From Malacoraja senta (taxonomy: Eukaryota): a stretch of DNA of 64,000 bases. The stretch covers positions 11,346,001 to 11,410,000 of the forward strand of contig CM075980.1 in NCBI GenBank assembly GCA_038087875.1, read 5' to 3'. This document shows positions 37,001 to 52,000 of the stretch, piece by piece. The notes under the pieces are model-generated. The model was not told the DNA's origin, ran no database searches, and saw only the letters and a program-made list of their open reading frames with translations. Numbering within the stretch: position 1 is the stretch's first letter; every line of letters begins with the position of its first letter. The translations under genes were made by a program, and so were the position numbers.

Positions 37001-40000
37001 TAAATTCTCTGCCATTCACCAATTATTAGTTAACAGTAAACTCAAATCAAGTTTGCCACAACTTTAATCATGAATTAATGTCAATTTCACACTCCTTCCT
37101 CATCTCAGTGTGTGACGTTTTACCTGCTGAATTTCAACAAGTCACAAAAGTGAAGTGCAAAAGCAAGTCACAAAAGTGAAAATTTACTACTTTAGTCATT
37201 TAAGAAACCATTTATAAATAGCCATAGGATTCTTGAATTTGAGAAGGTGCAGTTCTCTTCAGTGAGAGAGCAAATTTATGGTATAGAGATGATGCATTAT
37301 CAAAGTTATAAAATTATGGTGAGAATGCAGCTCTTTAGATACAAAAAACCCCAAACAAATTAAGCAGCAACGTGAAAATATATTGTTAAATACCTCTTTA
37401 AGTTCCAAGTCAATGATTTGTTCCTTGAATGAATAAGCTTTGTTCTCCCGTTTCAGATTGGCCTTCTTTGTGGTTTCCTGTTGAGTCCTAGCACAAAACA
37501 GAATGAATCCTATAGTATAACCAACAATACTGACCAGTAAGTGAAAGATCAGGTGATTCATCAATTCTGCTTCTCACCATCATGTAAATAACTGGAAGAA
37601 ACAGGACAACAGAGGAAAAAAATTATATCATTTTGTTCTGTTAGTGGGGTCATCAATTGGCTATTGACCCCATATCATTTGGAACAAAAGTTTTACCATC
37701 ATCCTCCCAGGTGTAATGCAAGGGTACAAAAAAAATACAGGAGAGAGAAAATTCCTTTGCTGTCTTTGCAGTCCAATTGTCAACAGTCAAGCATCAAATA
37801 AATATGGTACGAAGTGTTCAAGAAAATGAAAACGAAAAAGAAAGGTCACATCAACTTTCAGATCTTCATTGCTACTGAAAGCACAAGAAAAAGTGTTCAT
37901 GAGCGAAATGATGAACTACAGAAATAACAAAATAACTTTTTTGATCACTGAATTGATAAAGAAAATTTGTTTCAGGAATCCAGTGCCATTAACACCTACA
38001 TTGCAACCTCAGCCTCAAATTTAATTCTAATATCTGGCTGCAGCATGAATAACTTCCCGTGATACATCTTGCAGCACCTTTGATTCTACATTAGGTAAAA
38101 GCAAATTCTGTTACCAAAAATAATGACTGCAACGACAACTTGTGAAACAACATGATTAAATCTTAATGCTACTGCATTGAAGAAAACTTCACTCACACAC
38201 AGCACATGGACAAAAAATGGCATAGAACATTTTTAGAACTTTGGTCAACAGAATGCGTAACACAAGATTTTATTACTCTACAACATGAGAACAAAATATG
38301 TGTCTATCCAAGAATACAATTTTTCACATACTCTGCAGACTAACAGGAGACATAATGGGTTTTTGTCATTACTTACATTTGAATGCACGACTTATCGTAT
38401 AGCACTCCCTCAGGAACCAGCATGATCTCATATTCCTCTTTAGTCACCAGGTGGAAAGCATGGTTTTCCAACATGCTTGTGATCAGGCTGCTCAGGTGCG
38501 GCAATACAACTGATGAAGCATGGAGCGACAGGGAAGCTATAGTGTTGATGACAGCCTAGGAAACAGGAGGTTTAAAGCATTAAGCTGTAACCAGAATAAA
38601 ATAGAGAATTATACAATGTTTAATTAGGGTCGTAACTACCCACTGTGTTCCTTGCATTGTGAACTAGTCTGATTTCTACATGCAGGCAACTAACAAAGGC
38701 TGTGCTTTAGGCCCTCTCTCTCTCTCTCTCTCTCACCAAACCACTTTGCCTCACCATCTTCTTTTCCTCCTTAAAGATACTGCCTAAAATCTGCATTTTA
38801 AAACATTACATAATACAGCAAAATACAACGACAATACTCATAAAACGTATTTGGATGTTGATATTAAAAAATCATAACCCCATAAACAAGATACGCAACA
38901 TCTTGGGTTGAATCTGACAGTATTTATATTGAATGAAATACAAAATTGCCAAAGGCCAATTTCCCCCAAAATGTAAAGTTTTGATTTCAGCTCATCATTC
39001 AGGTCTTTGGTGGAAGTTGTCAATAAATGAGAGAATATGTTTGGCCTGGTATTTTTCTTTTAAAAACATGGGATATGACTCCAAGGACAGGGTCAGCATC
39101 CCATCTGCCCCTTGAGCTTGCTCCATCATTCAAAACTCAATTGTATCATGTATTGTCATCATGCTGACTGGTTAGCACGGAACAAAAGCTTTTCATTGTA
39201 CTTCGGTAGACGTGACAATAATTTGAACAATAAGGGAGATAAGTTGTATAGTGAGGGCTCAACAAAGTGGTATTGAGATCAAGATTGAATCAGCCATAAA
39301 CATATTGAATGGAGAAGCAGGTCCAAGAGATTGATTGGCCTACTCCTACTCCATTTTCCTATGACCCCGATGTTTGATGGATAATAGAATCAAGGGATAT
39401 GGGGGGGAAGCAGGAACAGGGTACTGATTTTGGATGACCAGCCATGATCATATTGAATGGCAGTGCTGGCTCGAAGGACCTACTCATGCACCTATTTTCT
39501 ATGTTTCTATTCTGAAACTGTGCTTTCTGGTTTGAGATTCCTCCATAGGCCCTTACTCTTTCACTGCGCAACTACGCAGTATAATGAAAAAGTGACAATA
39601 ATCTTATTTGGTTCAAGTCTGCTATCAGTTATACATGTACCCTACAGGATTAGGCTATTTGCATGCATGCCCATTCCGGAAACTGTAACCACTGCTTGGC
39701 TAATACAATAATTGTCATGGGATGTTGAACATCATCTAATCAGATTGCAATGGATGAGGTGTGCAAAAGACATATTGGTTCACCTGGTTCTTGACTATCT
39801 GAGAGTTTACACTGGGAAGAATGTCAGTCAGATGCTTTTTAATGAATTCAGAGGTGTCCAGCTTCAGTCTCAGGAGAATGGCTGACCATAGTCCCATTTG
39901 AGCAGCTTCTGCAAAAATAAAAGTCCCATTGGGAGCACAGATGAGAACCAGCATGGATCTGTGAACTACAGAGCACAACGAGAGATTTAATCTTCATCTT

Positions 40001-43000
40001 GAGAACCCAAATACCAAAGAATTGGTTTAAGTTCAAGTATTTCAAATCACAGGTAGAGAGGAAAAAGCATTTGACTGCTACTTTATTTGAGAATAGAGTT
40101 AATAAATAATATTAATAAATAATAACACTCCTCAGAGGAAATATGTGTAAGGAACAATACACATCAGGGCTTGCAACTCAATGACTCAACTGGAGAACAC
40201 TGGATTCCCAATATCATGCCGGAATTTTGTTAAAGGAGGTTTCCATTTACTGGTTTTAGTTATGGCATTGAATTGCAGTGGAGGTGATGGCTGATGCAAA
40301 ATTATATCTTCAATAACATGACATGGATTTCCATAAGCCCAGCTCTCCAGAATCATTTCTCTATGGTGCTATCAGTCACAGCTAATCAACAACCTACAAA
40401 ACAAACTTAACTGCTAAATGGGATTTGTTAAGTTAAAAACATTTTTTTTTAGCTCAAAATTTTAAGAGGCTTTAAGAGTAAAACATATTAACACACAGAG
40501 CAATGAGGACAAAACAAGAAATATGGGAAGAAAATAAATAAAAACATGTTTTCTAAACTAGCGTCTAACAGAGCAGGGAGAAAGGAGGCTCATTATTGTT
40601 ACTATATGCCAATAGGGTTATTACCTTAATTGTAAAGTTAACCATAGTTAGGTAAGACAAAGCCTTTACAGTTCCTCTCTGCTGAGATTTCCTCTAATTT
40701 TTCCATATTTTGTGTTGTAACATATCTGAAAATACTCCCGTCAAATTATAGTCTGGAAAAGACACCTCAGTTTGTGCTTTTTTCCCTACAATGTAGAGCT
40801 AACATAATGGAAGTTAAAAGAAGCAACATAAGGTAAACAGGGATGGTTACTTTCACTGATCAATGAGACCCGGAGAAGGCGGGCAAACTCAAATGCAGTC
40901 AAATCTGATAAAGAGGAAATTGTTTAAATGTATAGAACAACAATAATCTACTGATGCAGATTTCGCAAATTCAGAATTGGAATTTACAGTTGTTATTAAA
41001 GAGCATTAGCAAATTGGGACAAAGCAGAAGAGTAATATTTAAATGATGGCCTCAAGATAGGTAAACATCTTAATACAATATAGAATCAAGCAGCAATTCT
41101 GCTAAATATTAGGTTGCTGTGAAGCAATTTAGGTCGTAGGAAACACAATATAGTGCAGGTTGTAAGCTTACATTTTTTATAAATTTTTATATTTGTGACG
41201 ACAGGTTATGCTGATAATGCAGAATTTGCTTCACATGTCTACTACTTTTATGCAACCAAGTTAGAGACAGCCTTCAAAATAAGTTCACTTAATGACTCCT
41301 ACCTATGGATGGGTGATGTGCCATAAATACAATATCTCTGGCCAATTTCTTAGCCTCGATGACATCATTCTCCAATCCTGGGATACTTGTTATCACACAT
41401 AATGTCTCAACCAGTATACGAGGTTGGACATAAAACTTTGCAGCTTCCGTGGGTTCACCCGACTCTGTTATTAACCGTTCCAGAGGGATCACCTAACAAA
41501 AAGATACATTATTTTTTATGTATCCCTTAACAAATTAAAGAAATAAATCTATATTCTTTATCCAATAACACAAGATCAATCCAGCTCTTGACAAAACCAA
41601 TAAATAACTAAATGTTTACTGAGCAATTGCATCTAATCGCTAATCGTCATCCAAGAACTACAATAATTTAATGGAACATGCAAACATTTGGCTAGGTAGG
41701 TCATGCAAAGAAATGGTGTTAATTTCTCACACACCATCTCGATGGTCAATCTGACCTGCTGTGAAATAAGTTTATTGTGCATTTCAAAGACATTTTTGCC
41801 AGACGTGTTAGCAGTTGGCCTTTATGTAAAACTTGACATCACCGTCAGTTGATGGCCGAATCCACGCGGAAGGAAGCTGCACACTTAGTGCGAGCTGACA
41901 CGAAAAGAATGGGTGTCCAACTCCGTCTTTTATCTGGTATCAAACATTGAGCCACACAACTATCAATCTAAATATCTCAGCGCCTGCTGCAGATGACTTA
42001 ACATGCACCTTAAAATTCCTTCATAACACAGTACGCAGGTACTTTATTTCTATTAATATTTCAAAATTCTGAGATGCATGTACATCAATTTAACAAATGC
42101 AAATTATAGACCTTGTGGGTGTTCAGAATGATTTGGAACTCTTCCAGTAGGCCATATGCTAATTTAACACCGCCCAGTGACGAGAGCAACTTCCTGACAG
42201 TCTGCTGAGCCTGTTTCCGAACTCGCCACGTTTTACTCAGCAGCACAGTCACCAAGGCTTTGTGGTACATCCTGTAAATAGCAGAGATCACACACTTTGC
42301 AGTGAATGGATGCATCACAGCATATTAACACATTCTAAACAGATCTTAAAAATGACTATGACACAAGGAGCTTGTTCCCACATGATCATCAGATTAGTAT
42401 CAAAGCAGCAAGTTAATCAAAAATCATGTCAATGGAAGTTGGAAAACAATTTGAAAACTGGATGGACTTATTCCATCCCCATCACCCGAAGCAGTTTCAG
42501 AGTTTGATACAGAGTGCTGGAGTAACTCAGCAGGACAGGCATCATCCTTGGAGAACATGGAGAGGCGACGTTTCGGGTTGGGACACTTCTCCAGACTGAA
42601 GAAGAGTTCTGACCAAAATGTTGCCTATCCATGTTCTCCAGAGATGGATGGAATGGAATGCTTTTATTGTCTGTCCCGAGTTACTCCAGCACTTTGTGGC
42701 CTTTTTTGCAAACCAGCATCTGCTTCAGAGTTGGATGTTTTGACAGTTGGATGATGCCAGTGGTTGGGTGCAGCAGAATATTTTTAACATTGCCATGCAG
42801 CTTGTAACTATACACAATTACATACACTTCTTAACACCAGGTTGAGAAAGAACTAGGAAACTTTTCATTGGAACTAGGAAACTTAGCTGCCTGAATGTAC
42901 AGCGTTCCTGAACTACTATCTGGTTACCAAAATGCCGATACCTCAAGTTGGTGAACAAACATGATAATGCAAAAAGAGAACATGAATTTAATACATACTG

Positions 43001-46000
43001 GCCCTTGATTTCTGGAAGGTCTAAAAGCAGTCTCTCAGTGAGTTGCAACACTGTGCAAAGACCTGCAAAGCAAAAAAAAAAAATCAATGCAAAAGAAAGA
43101 TAGATAGCAGGTTGTAATAAACAACTCTACTGCCCAACTAAATTTCATCAGAACAAAGTTTGTTCTAAATCATCATAGGTTCCACCTCTTTAATTAGAGT
43201 ATCAGGAGGCATGGATGCCCAACCTTTGATCTGCTCCTTTTGGACAATCCAAGTTCCTGGTAACTTCTGGGAAGTTGGTGGAGGAGAACAATGCCATTAA
43301 ATATTAAGGCTAGATTATTCGAATTTCTCTTGTTGGGGAGTATAGGTCCAGAGAACAAATGTGTCATAGACCTATTGCATAAAAGCAACTACTGGGATAA
43401 CAGAATATTTCATACCAAATAAAATTGTAATTTGCTCAGGAAACAATTCACAGGCAACTGACCAATGCAAAATTCCAAATACTCACCATCCTCTGAAGCA
43501 AGAGAAAGGAATTTTTCAGAGGCAAAAAACTGCTTCTTCTCATCCAAAAGTAATGTCCAGAAAGTTGTCAGCTTGCTTTCTGAAAATTAAAGATTCAAAT
43601 GAACGACATCAAATTTAATACCTTTAGCTTAAACAATTACTTAAATTTCCCTAACTAGGTGGGAAACCGAAGGAAACCACCATACTGTACGGAATAAATA
43701 GAGAGAAGCCACCTCCATCATACATAGAGGTCATGTCAGATCAACCTGGAACATTAGCTGTTTCTCTTCTCATAGATACAGTCTGACTTGCTGAGTATTT
43801 CCGGCATTTTCTGTTATTATTTCAGATCTCAAGCATCTGTTTTATTATTTTTATTTCCTTTATACAGTTAGATTTAGGGTTTGCAGTCACACGCATTATC
43901 TGCCTTTGCTTGATCTTTGTTTTTTTTTGTCTAGCTAAGTAGCCAATTATAGGTCTTTGCTGAAAATAAAACTAAAAATGGACCTCTATAAACACAAGCC
44001 CAAATTACTTTTCCACTAGCAGAATCTATGGAACTAAATTGGTTTTGATATAGATTGATCTGTTGCAAAAATCAAAATCAATCTATGTTAGATAGCCACA
44101 ACGAGCAGAAGAACTGCAGTCAAACAATTAACATCAGTCGGGCATCCAATTTATCATATATGATCCATTACACTTGAAAAAGTAGTACATCCATTATTTT
44201 ACCTGAAGAGGCTGATGTACTAAGTATATCAATGAGACCCATTCCTAGTATCAACTAATTAGTGATTAGCTATAGGACATCAGGAACAGGGATAAAATAT
44301 GATGGTGAGAGGCCACTGCATCATGAACCTATGTACATAGCGGAGTTAAAACAAAAACAAGAGGTGCTGGAAACTGTCAATAGGCCAGTCAACATCTGTG
44401 GAGAGTGTAGCAGAGTTTTGTATGTTTAAGACCAAAATGTCAACTGTGTCTCTTGCCACAGATGTGGACTCGAGTTTAACATTTTCTCTTTTTACTCGAG
44501 ATTTCTAGCATCTCATTTTGCTCTTGGAAATAAAGGAAACGTTTTTTTAAATATTCTATTCTTGATGTTAAGTTATAGAAAGCCACCTACCGACTTGTGT
44601 GTCCACCAAAGATAGCCTGCAGATCAAAACAGCAGCTGCAACACCTTCTGTTATTATAGGAACATGGGTATTCTGTGAGGCCACCTTTTCAACAGTCTGC
44701 AGGAATAGCGGCAACAGTTCTAATGCTTGAAGTACAGTGTCACCTGATTGGGTGGAAAAGTATCACTCAACAGTGAGTGAAAATGTTAGTGCAGATTTTC
44801 CTCCAGTTAACAACTTTTAGGCAATGCATAAAATCAATGAAAACAATGATCACATTTACAAAAGCAGCATTCGTCAACAGCAACAACATGAAAGCACGAG
44901 GTTGATTAATTTTGTTAACCCTCCTCAATGTCTCAGTGCATACTAGAATCTATAAAGATGAAAGTTGCTAACACCAATAAAGAAATGTCACAACTAATTT
45001 GCTGCCTTTGAAAGGTCACCTAATTTCCAGATGCCCAACTCTTTCCAGGTCATTCCATCAAACCCAAGCTTCCCAACTACACTTGCATGTAAAATAGTGC
45101 TGTACAACGTTTCTGGTGTACAGTATCATTTGCTACCACAAATAACGTTAAAAACATTTTTTTAAACCTGCGGTCCTTCGCAAAATTAAAGTTAAAATCA
45201 AGGATTCTCATCCGTTGGAAACATAGCTTGCAAAAAAAATTGGTTGTGCCTTATGGGAGGCCCATTACCTCATTCCCAGGGTTCCTCAGCGAGGGATCTA
45301 GCTCGCACATTTCAGCAAGTTCATCAATGACTTTCCTTTATCGGTCAGCAGTGGGGATATTCATTCATAACTGCAGAGTGCTCAGGAAACAGACTGCTGG
45401 AAGAACTGAGTGGGCCAGGCAACATCCGTGGATGGCAATGGACAGATAATATTGGGGGTCGGGACCCTTCTTCAGTCTGAAGTCTTCTATCCATTTCCCT
45501 CCATGATATTGCCTGGCCTGCCAAGTTCCTCCAGCAGGCTGTTTTTTTGTGTGCAGGATTCCAGCATTAGCAGTTTCTTGATAATTAATCAGCCTGTCCC
45601 CACAGCACCGAGACCTGGATAACGTCCAAGCTCAAACTGTTAAACAGGAATTAATATTCAGAGCTTCCAGGCCATGGCCATCTCCAACAAAAGCATTTGG
45701 CCATCTCCCCACGTCACAAGATGCCATCCCCATTCGGTTACAACAATTCTCCTCTCTCATCTTGTCATCCTGCGATTATTCCTGAGTAGTGCATTTCAGC
45801 CATGTATCTCTTAGCTCAGAGTTTCAACCAGTTTTTCAAGTAAATAATAACGTACTAGCAGCTATTGATGGGAAAACAGATGGTGATCACCAACTAATAG
45901 CCGATACAGATTGCAATTTGTACAACTGATCTTTTTCCAAATGGACTGAACTTAAAAACATTGATAACCCATTAGTGCAGATAAATTATCAGGAGATATA

Positions 46001-49000
46001 TCATGCTAACAACAACAAAATTTGCAGAAGTTTGAAAACTGTACTTACCATGGAATGAGGCAAGCATACACTGCAAGTAAGCATGCCTGATAGCCGATGT
46101 TGAGGTTTTCAGGGTAAAGGCTTTCTTGAACCACTCTACCAGCTTCTTAGGGACCTCAGTGGTGAACTTGCTGCACCAGAGTGCAAGAATAGAAATGGCA
46201 TGAAGCAATGTGCCCTCATGAACTGCAAGGCGAGCACATAAATGAACACATAATTTAAATCGATAAATTAAAAACTACTTAGCCTAGCATGTCTCATGAC
46301 GTTAAAAACAGAAAAACACCCTTGAATCTTGCATCAACAGTATTGCGTCCCACCATCTTTTAAATGACCCGAGGAAAGTCCTGGCAAATTGACAACGTTA
46401 GCTGAAGTATGGAGATCCAAGGTCACTCACCTTCTTGTTGCAGGAAGGGAATGAACAGCTCGGTGACTGTACCACTCAGAGTTTGACTTGACAAACCACT
46501 GACTGTGTGGTGACTGCAACTTCCAATACCTGTGCATAGGAACAAATAGTTAATCAACCGAACACTGTGTCAGGCATTTTGTGGACCAACACTCAAGATT
46601 ATATGGAGAGACAAATCCTCACAAGTATGAATTGGTATCTTGAATCCATTAGATAGAAACCACAAATACAAGCCCTCTTGAAATGAACAGCAGGATCAAC
46701 AGAACAGAGAGATTCCAAACTCAAGCAAATATTTGTGCTTACTAGTTGAAGATGCAGAATTTGAGAAGGAGCTCAATTGTGGTAAGAAGCATTGGAAGCT
46801 TTAAGGTCGTGTATTAGGCTACTGTTCCATCACCACGGGCCAAAACAATCAATGTTTATGTATTGCAGAATGATTGAGGTTAGGTAAGGGCAGCCAAGTG
46901 GCTTTAGTCACTTTGACAATCAAAGTTTGACATACAGGCAACAATCTTCATTTACCTCAGAGCATCAAGCACAATCTAATTCATCAAATACCTCCACACA
47001 AGCATAAATTCTCTTCTATAACAACAGCATCTGCCATTTATAGATCTACGTTTTGTTTTATTTTAAATGAAGAACATTAAATCACTAACCTGAAAGCACA
47101 CTTATCTTCTGAGCCACAGCAGTCAGTTTGCCTTCAGAACCTGGAAAGAAACAAATGATGGTGAAATTAACAGCTCTCATCCAACATCAAAAACCAGTGA
47201 CATTAATAAATAACCATGCATTCATAGAATTTTTGCATTCCATTGTCATTTCATAATCATGAAGTACCATTATAATCTAGTCATTGCAGCAATGAAATGA
47301 ACAGCTAGCAAATAGGGAGACAAGATCCCACTAAATTAAATGTGACAATTTAAGAATTAGCCTGCAGCAGCCACGCAACACTTTGGACACTAATGACAAA
47401 GGAACTGCAGATGCTGGATTACAAAAAAAGGCAACTTCCTGGCATAACTCAGTGGGTCAGGCAGCATCTCTGGAGAAACTGGATAGGCAACTTTTCAGAT
47501 CAGGACCGTTCTTCAGACTGATTGTAGTGGAGGGAGAAAGCTGGAAGAGTGGTGGGGGCAGGACAAAGCCTGGCAAGTGACAGATGGATACAAGTGTAGG
47601 GAAGTGGAGGGAAGGAGGGTAATTGGCAGATGGCTGGACAGAGGCCAGAGATGAAAAGCCAAAAGGTAGTAAGATAAGGAGATAAGGAAATAAGGAAAGA
47701 GGAGGCATGAAATGCAAAGCCAGAAGGAGGAATATATGTTCATAATAAACTTTATTGTAGCACCTTACAAATACCTTTTGAAAAATTAATTTAGTACATC
47801 CACTGATTCCCCTTTATCCACGCAGAGTACTTTTCAAAGGACTCCAATAACATGGTCAACCACGTTTTCTCTATTACAAGAATGCAATGTATGTGAAAAT
47901 CCTAACGTTTTCTAAATGCCCTGTTATAACAAATATTGGAAAAACTTTGCAACTCCAAATAACACCAAGGTAACTTTTACATTAATTGGAGGGTGCAACA
48001 GAGATTTCTCTAGTTAGAACTTACACCACAGAGTTACAAAAGTTTTGCGTTTCTTTCCATGCTAGCCAATTAGAGATTTATCTCCTCGTCATCGTAAGCT
48101 TTTCATTGAAGTGATGGAAATGGGACTCCATTAACAAACTTACACTAAATCCACAGGGACACAATGGACAACAGCAACCTGTGCTCATCTTCTGGAATTA
48201 TTTTACCTGCCACAGCCACAGTTCGAGTTTAACAGTTTACCCCCCACTGCCACAGTTCGAGTTAATGTGTTGGAACTATTATTACTGCTGGAAAGATTGT
48301 ATAATTTGTGATGATGGAGAGGTAATTATACCGATTGTAATAGTAAAAAACAAATTATGGTGACACAAAGGAAAATACTGAGATTGGCCATGGGCAAAGA
48401 CACAATATTTTTTTTTGTAGAATAAATCTTGGGCAGGTGGTATGTGGACATATTAGAGAATAGATAATTTGGGATCTTAGATTTTGGATTAGTGCTGGTG
48501 TGTAGGTAATAAAAAAAAATCAAGGAAGTTTTAAGCAGATAAGAAAAGGAAATGAACAATTAGAAAATGGACATAGTGGGCATGAGAAATTAAGGAAAAA
48601 AGTTGGGAGACCTCTCCAAAAAAAGTACTAAGATAAACAGGCCTGGTGTGGGGTATGCCAAGGAGGATGTAGGGGGTGTTCTGGATTTGTCCAAAGGGGT
48701 ATTACCTCCAAGAATGGCAAAGAGATGCCTGACAAGAGATTCAGCAGCAGCCGGATCACTGCATTGGTGGGTCAGGTTGCGTAGAGCTATCACAGCCTCG
48801 TCCATCAGTTGAGGATTGTTAGACTTCAACTGGCCTAGGAAAAGGAAAGAAAATGGCACATTGGATAGTTAAATTCTAGAGTTATAGAGTCATAGAGTCC
48901 AACTTGCCCATACCGGCCAACATGTCCCAGCTACACAAGTCCCACCTACCAGCATTTGGTCCATATCCCTCCAAACCTATCCTATCCATGTACCCGTCTA

Positions 49001-52000
49001 ACTGTTTCTTAAATGTTGGGATAGTCCCTGCCTCAACTACCTCCTCTGGCAGCTTGTTCCATACATCCACCACCCTTGTGTGAAAAAGCTACCCCTCAGA
49101 TTCCTATTAAATCTTTTCCCCTTCACCTTAAACCTATTTCCTCTGGTCCTCGATTCACCTCCTCTGGGCAAGAGACTCTGTGCATCTACCTGATCTATTC
49201 CTCTCATTATCTTATACACCTCAATAAGATCACCCCTCATCCTCTTGCCCTCCAAGGAATAGAGTCCCAGCCAACTCAATCTCTGCCTATAGCTCAGATC
49301 CTCTGGTCCTGGCAACATCCTCATAAACCTTCTCTGTACCCTTTCCAGCTGGACAACATCTTTCCTATAACACGGTGCTCAGAACTGAACACAATACTCT
49401 AACTTGCCATGTATTGATTAATTACAACAAAATCAAAATACAAAAGAAAAGCAATTACCTTGCTGAATCAATTAATTTATTTTTGATTTAAGGTTTAACT
49501 TGGTCATAATTCAGAGACATGGTCCATAAATCTCAGATGTCCTTAATGGATTGATGATACGTTGTTAAATCTATACAAATTATCTATTAAAACAGACTAT
49601 TCCTTATGTAGTCCTGTATCACACTTACTTGCCAGGCCTTTGACAATATCCACTGCGTACTGGCTTAGATCAAGGGTGACTGAAGATAGTAGATAGGAGA
49701 TAGCTGTAAACAATGAAGTCAGAAAATGATTGTCATTCACCTGTACAAATGAGAAGAAATTCAGTACATCACAATATTCAAAAATAATTTTAAAATATTT
49801 AGCCGAGTGGAAATATGGAAAGATCTGTGGATAGAACACCTTTTATTAGCATGCATCATTCTAAGGGTTCTATAGTTAATAACATACTTATAAAACAGTC
49901 ATAATCAGAGCATAGGAAACGCAGCACCTCCTTTTGTGCAGCAACCCTTGGGAACTGGACTGGAGTGTTGTCATAGATTCCATGAGCGGAATGAACCTAC
50001 AACCTTCAGTCTGGTCAAAAGAGTCGGCAAAAGATTCTGCAACCTCATTACAAATAATATTAACACCAAGTTCTCAATCGGACTCTTGATGTATATTAAC
50101 TAATAACAGCAAAGAACAGTAAGTGTCAGTGCTGCGGGCTATCAACCTGTACTGATCTTGTTTTACTCAAGATTGTAGCAGCTACAATTCCTTGTCCCTC
50201 CAGGGTCAGTCATGATATTCATTATGATTCAACAGCTTGGTATTAGTTAATTATAGTCACATACAGAGATGCAGTGAAAAACTTGTTTGCATGCTTTCCA
50301 ATAAAATCAGATACTACACACGAATGCGATCAAGCCGAACAAGGTCAATAAATACGGCAAAGAGAAAAATACCAGAGTTCATCAGTCTGAAGAAGGGTCT
50401 CGACCCGAAACGTCACCTATTCCTTCGCTCCATAGATGCTGCCTCACCCGCTGAGTTTCTCCAGCATTTTTGTCTACCAGAGTATAGACTATAGTTTTTC
50501 AGCATTGTAGTATAACAGTTCCAGAGGAAAAATTGCAATGTCCACAATGAGGTAGGTTGGAAAATCTGGATTGTACCCCAGCTGATCAAAGGACCATTCT
50601 GAAGAGTAATAACAGGAGGGAAGATGCTGTTCCGGAGTCTAGTGATACATGCTCTCAAGGTTTTGTATCTTCTGCCCAGCGGAAGAGGGGAGAAGAGGGA
50701 TTGACCAGGGTGGAAAAGGTCCTTGATTATGTTGGTAGGTTTCTCGAGGCAGCGTGAAGTGTAGATGGAATCAATGGTGGGGAAATCTAGTCTGTTTGAT
50801 GATCTGGACTACATTTTCATAACTCTATGAAATAACAACTCTTTGCAAGCTTGACAACAGTATGCCTAAGCTCATAACTTAAGCAATGCAGCAGATGGCT
50901 GACTGCACCCAGGGAGCAAACCGTAGTTCGACAAAGAAATCGAATAAGCAAATTAAAGTACAATGCATTGGAATTACAGGCTAGTGTGCAATTTACTTAC
51001 TCTCAATTACATTTTCAGGGCTGCGCAAAATAGATTTATGCACAGTGGGAAGCAGGGAACCCTTGAACTCTTGATGGGACACATGGCGAAGTAGAGGCTC
51101 ACAGCATTCCTGCAAATAAAAACTCACCATAAGCTAAACAGCAAGTCCCGTTTGTACTAAATAATACAATGTAAACCATTTCTTCATGCAGTTACATTGC
51201 TGCATATAAAGCAAAGCAAGACTGAATAACTTGGAATCCAATCTATTCACCAATTGATTAATTGAAGTCTTTTCAATAAAGGAAAAAAACACATTTTATT
51301 CATTAAACATTCAGTATCCACAATACTTCTCTGAACATATGCTCAAAGTTGCCAGTATAACTGAGAAACAGTGTAGTCATTTTATTCTGCCTTTTTGTTT
51401 TAACAACATTATGAATGCCAGAAAAAAAATCCTCACCAGAAGGTATTTTGGAGGTTTTATCTTGCTCAAGAGGACTGTCTTCACATAGAGCTCCAAAATG
51501 CCAGTCTGCAAAACAATCAAAAGAATTCATCAGGCCGTTCTTCAAGAGAATCTGACCAATATATTTGATTGCTTCTTTTGACAACAAATCTCTGAACATA
51601 GTACAAGGTAAACATTTGTCACCACTGTACTGCAAGAAGCTTAAGAATCCCACAGAACAAAAAGCACCACCAAAAGGATATATTGGTCTTGGAAAAGGGT
51701 ACAGAAGAAATGTTTCCCTGTTCAGGAGTCCAGAACAAGGTGAATTAACTTTCAAATTAGAAGCAAACCAGTCAGGGGTGAAAACAAGTACTACTTCATA
51801 AAATGATGTGTGAAATTTCTATACCCTCACTCCAAAAATCTATAAAGTTCAAGGGGAGAAGATGGAACATTCAAAGCATCAATATTTCTATGATATGTAG
51901 CAGTATTAAGAGTTATGGAAACAAGCAGGATGCCTTTAATAAAAATAATCTTGATCTAATTGATTGGTGGCATGTTCAACCATAATTATCCTTGTATTTC

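Larger units (their letters stand above)
50245..50830 (-). mobile_element. Rex1/Babar-like LINE 3' fragment
   Basis: Minus translation [53 protein letters not shown] plus a 3' stem-loop tail; interrupted by a Penelope mini-insert. Confidence 0.75.

Noticed and set aside
37549-37656. C/D-like boxes about 60 nt upstream of the exon 22 acceptor
   Set aside because: No terminal stem and no rRNA or snRNA complementarity that I can identify
39093-39161. Possible C/D snoRNA (ATGATGA...CTGA, 69 nt, minus)
   Set aside because: No terminal stem or recognisable guide; the sequence is a junction of a CR1 tail and a Rex1-type tail
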